Translations under genes and position numbers: made by a program | Part shown: one piece after another, positions 62,056 through 64,000 of the stretch | Numbering within the stretch: position 1 is the stretch's first letter | How the letters are laid out: each line of letters opens with the position of its first letter | Notes under the pieces: generated by a model | Databases searched by the model: none | Told to the model about the DNA's origin: nothing | The model's input: the letters and a program-made list of their open reading frames with translations, nothing else | NCBI RefSeq assembly: GCF_020745735.1 | Contig: NC_083445.1 | Coordinates: forward strand, 2,604,001 to 2,668,000 | Direction of reading: 5' to 3' | Length of the DNA stretch: 64,000 nucleotides | DNA from: Hemiscyllium ocellatum | Lineage: Eukaryota

Positions 62056-63309
62056 CTCAGAAACAGACACTGACATGTCACACCACATGCAGCATGAAAT
62101 AACAGAAGCTGAAGTTATCAAACTTCACATCCACACTGGCTAAGAGACATTGACATCTCATTGTCTGTTCGGAGTAGCTGTTTCAAAACTATATGACTGC
62201 AAACCACGAGGACCAAGGGATGACCAAGTGAGTGCACCTGCAGCACACATTAACAGAGCAAGATTATCTTACTGGCCAGAATTGTTAATACATTCTGTAA
62301 CGTATCAGAACTGATTCACCTACCTGGACGATAAACCCAAGCCCATTCCACGTGTAAAACAGGACGGATTCAGAACAAAGCTGCAGCTTTACACACAAAA
62401 GCATAAGCCTAGCCAAGGTACCAAATGAGTACTTTGTGACTGACTCCTTGTGAAAGAGACCAAAGTGGAGACAGTGAATGGGAGAAACTAATAAAAAGGC
62501 TTAAAAAGGATGCACGTACATCAAGTTGATGAGGATTGATATGTAGAGCTGATCTATGAGAGAAAATACACTGAGTGGTCTCACTAACAATTCCAGTAAC
62601 AGTACCCAGCTGCAAACAGGTTTGTTCAAATTCAGTCACAAATCAATGTATAGACAAGTTGGAATACAACAGCAGACAGCCTCAAGTCCAGGAAACGTGC
62701 TTCATCTTTAAACTTACATCCCTGTATGTGATGTGATCCCATGCCAAAGCTGAACATTTGTGAATCAGCAACACCCTGTATACTGGAAACATTTTCTCAA
62801 ATTACAGGAGTGACAGTTATTTCGCAATCATTTTCCCCAAACAAGCCAGGACCCCAAAAAAAATCCCCTCACTGAATCGGAGTAAGTCGTGCAAGAGCAG
62901 TAATCAGGATCAAAAACAGATCCGAGAGTGCTGCGGGAAACTGCAAAGGCATTGGTCAGAATGTAGGAAGTCTCCTGAGGCACAATGCCAGCAGATGGGA
63001 GACCTGCCAATGTTAAACTGCTTTTGGAGCAAACAGGTCAAGGATAGACCCAGCAACTCCAAACAGACACTTTCACCTCCATAATGACAGCTTTGAAAAA
63101 CCAAAACCACAGTCCACGATTTAATTGTGACTTGGACAAATGGGGCTTAATTAAGAAAGCCAGCACACAATTGTTCCAGGCAAATTGTAGTTCATGAATC
63201 CAACTTTTTCAATCAGGTGAAGAAAATTTACAAAGATAATGTTGATGTCGCCCATGTGGAATTCCCAAAGCCATTTGAAAATAAGATTTGGACATGAAAT
63301 GTGAGCACT

Positions 63310-64000
63310 TCAGGCTTGTGTGACATTTCCTGACCATCCCTAATTGCTCACTAAGGTCTGAATGAAGCACCTTGTTTAAGTGCTGTCATCTGTGGGGGGG
63401 GGGGGGTAGGTACACCCACAATCCTGTCAGGGATGGAGTTCCCGGATTCTGGCCAAGTAACAATGAAGGAATGGCAATCCATTTCCCAAGTGCAGATAGT
63501 GAATGGCTTGCAGGGGAACCTGTAGGTCATAACGCTCCCATCTATGTGCTGCCCTTCTCCTTCCATATGGTTAAAGGGAGTCTTGTGTTTCTGCAGTGCG
63601 TCTTGTAGACGGTACACTGCTGCCGGTGTGGTGGGAGTCAATGTTGCGGTAGCAAGTGGGCTGCCAGTCAAACTGGCGGCTTTGGCCTTGATGGTGTCAA
63701 GCATCTCCGATGTTGGCAGGGCTGCATCTGTCCAGGATAGTCACAACATGAAATTACCAAGGTGGTTGAGGGGCAGGAGCTGCAACATCGTGATAACCAG
63801 TTGGTTTCAGAATGGAACCACAGTTTTGACAGGATTCCCCTAGAGTTGCTTTTCTGCTTCCTCCTTTAATGACCAAGACACAGGTGTCCAGGGAATAATG
63901 TTAACAATTGCAATGGACAGAAGACTTGGAAGGATTGTGAACTCCCAAGGAAGACAGTGATGGACTTGAACACGGCCCAGAGAAGCTGATGGAATGGTAA
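63310..64000 (-). mobile_element. Family-B LINE fragment in a CDC37 intron
   Basis: ORF 63351..63704 (MLDTIKAKAASL...); minus-strand tail GAGCAATTAGGGATGG at about 63335-63350. Confidence 0.7.

Noticed and set aside
61359-64000. CDC37 upstream exon (…WDDSQKYL…WCIDLEVEE)
   Set aside because: Not found on the minus strand in the remaining sequence; presumably beyond the window end.

Overview
Eukaryotic (vertebrate) genomic DNA, very probably from a shark. The SINE and LINE families look like the HE1/V-SINE and HER1/CR1 families of elasmobranchs; this is an inference, no database search was run. Only two host-gene signals are clear. (1) The last four coding exons and 3' UTR of CDC37 on the minus strand (61358->56148); upstream exons lie beyond the window. 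(2) A CpG-rich promoter and non-coding first exon at about 34.27-34.46 kb (minus strand, ZNF143/NRF1/ETS motifs) of a downstream gene whose coding exons I cannot find in the window. The rest is mostly retroelements: about 10 HE1-type SINEs, near-full-length and truncated CR1 LINEs, one full-length but dead L1 with a YY1-type 5' end and a TSD, a second LINE family with its own partner SINE, Deu-domain SINE relics and probable solo LTRs. The most notable structure is a set of Penelope-like element (PLE) termini of about three families carrying minimal type-I hammerhead ribozyme cores. Several are short TSD-flanked insertions or fold-back palindromes. There are also four minisatellites born from retrotransposon coding sequence, including a 23 x 49-bp array derived from the PLE GIY-YIG motif. 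Repeat boundaries are approximate (tens of bp) unless a TSD is quoted.
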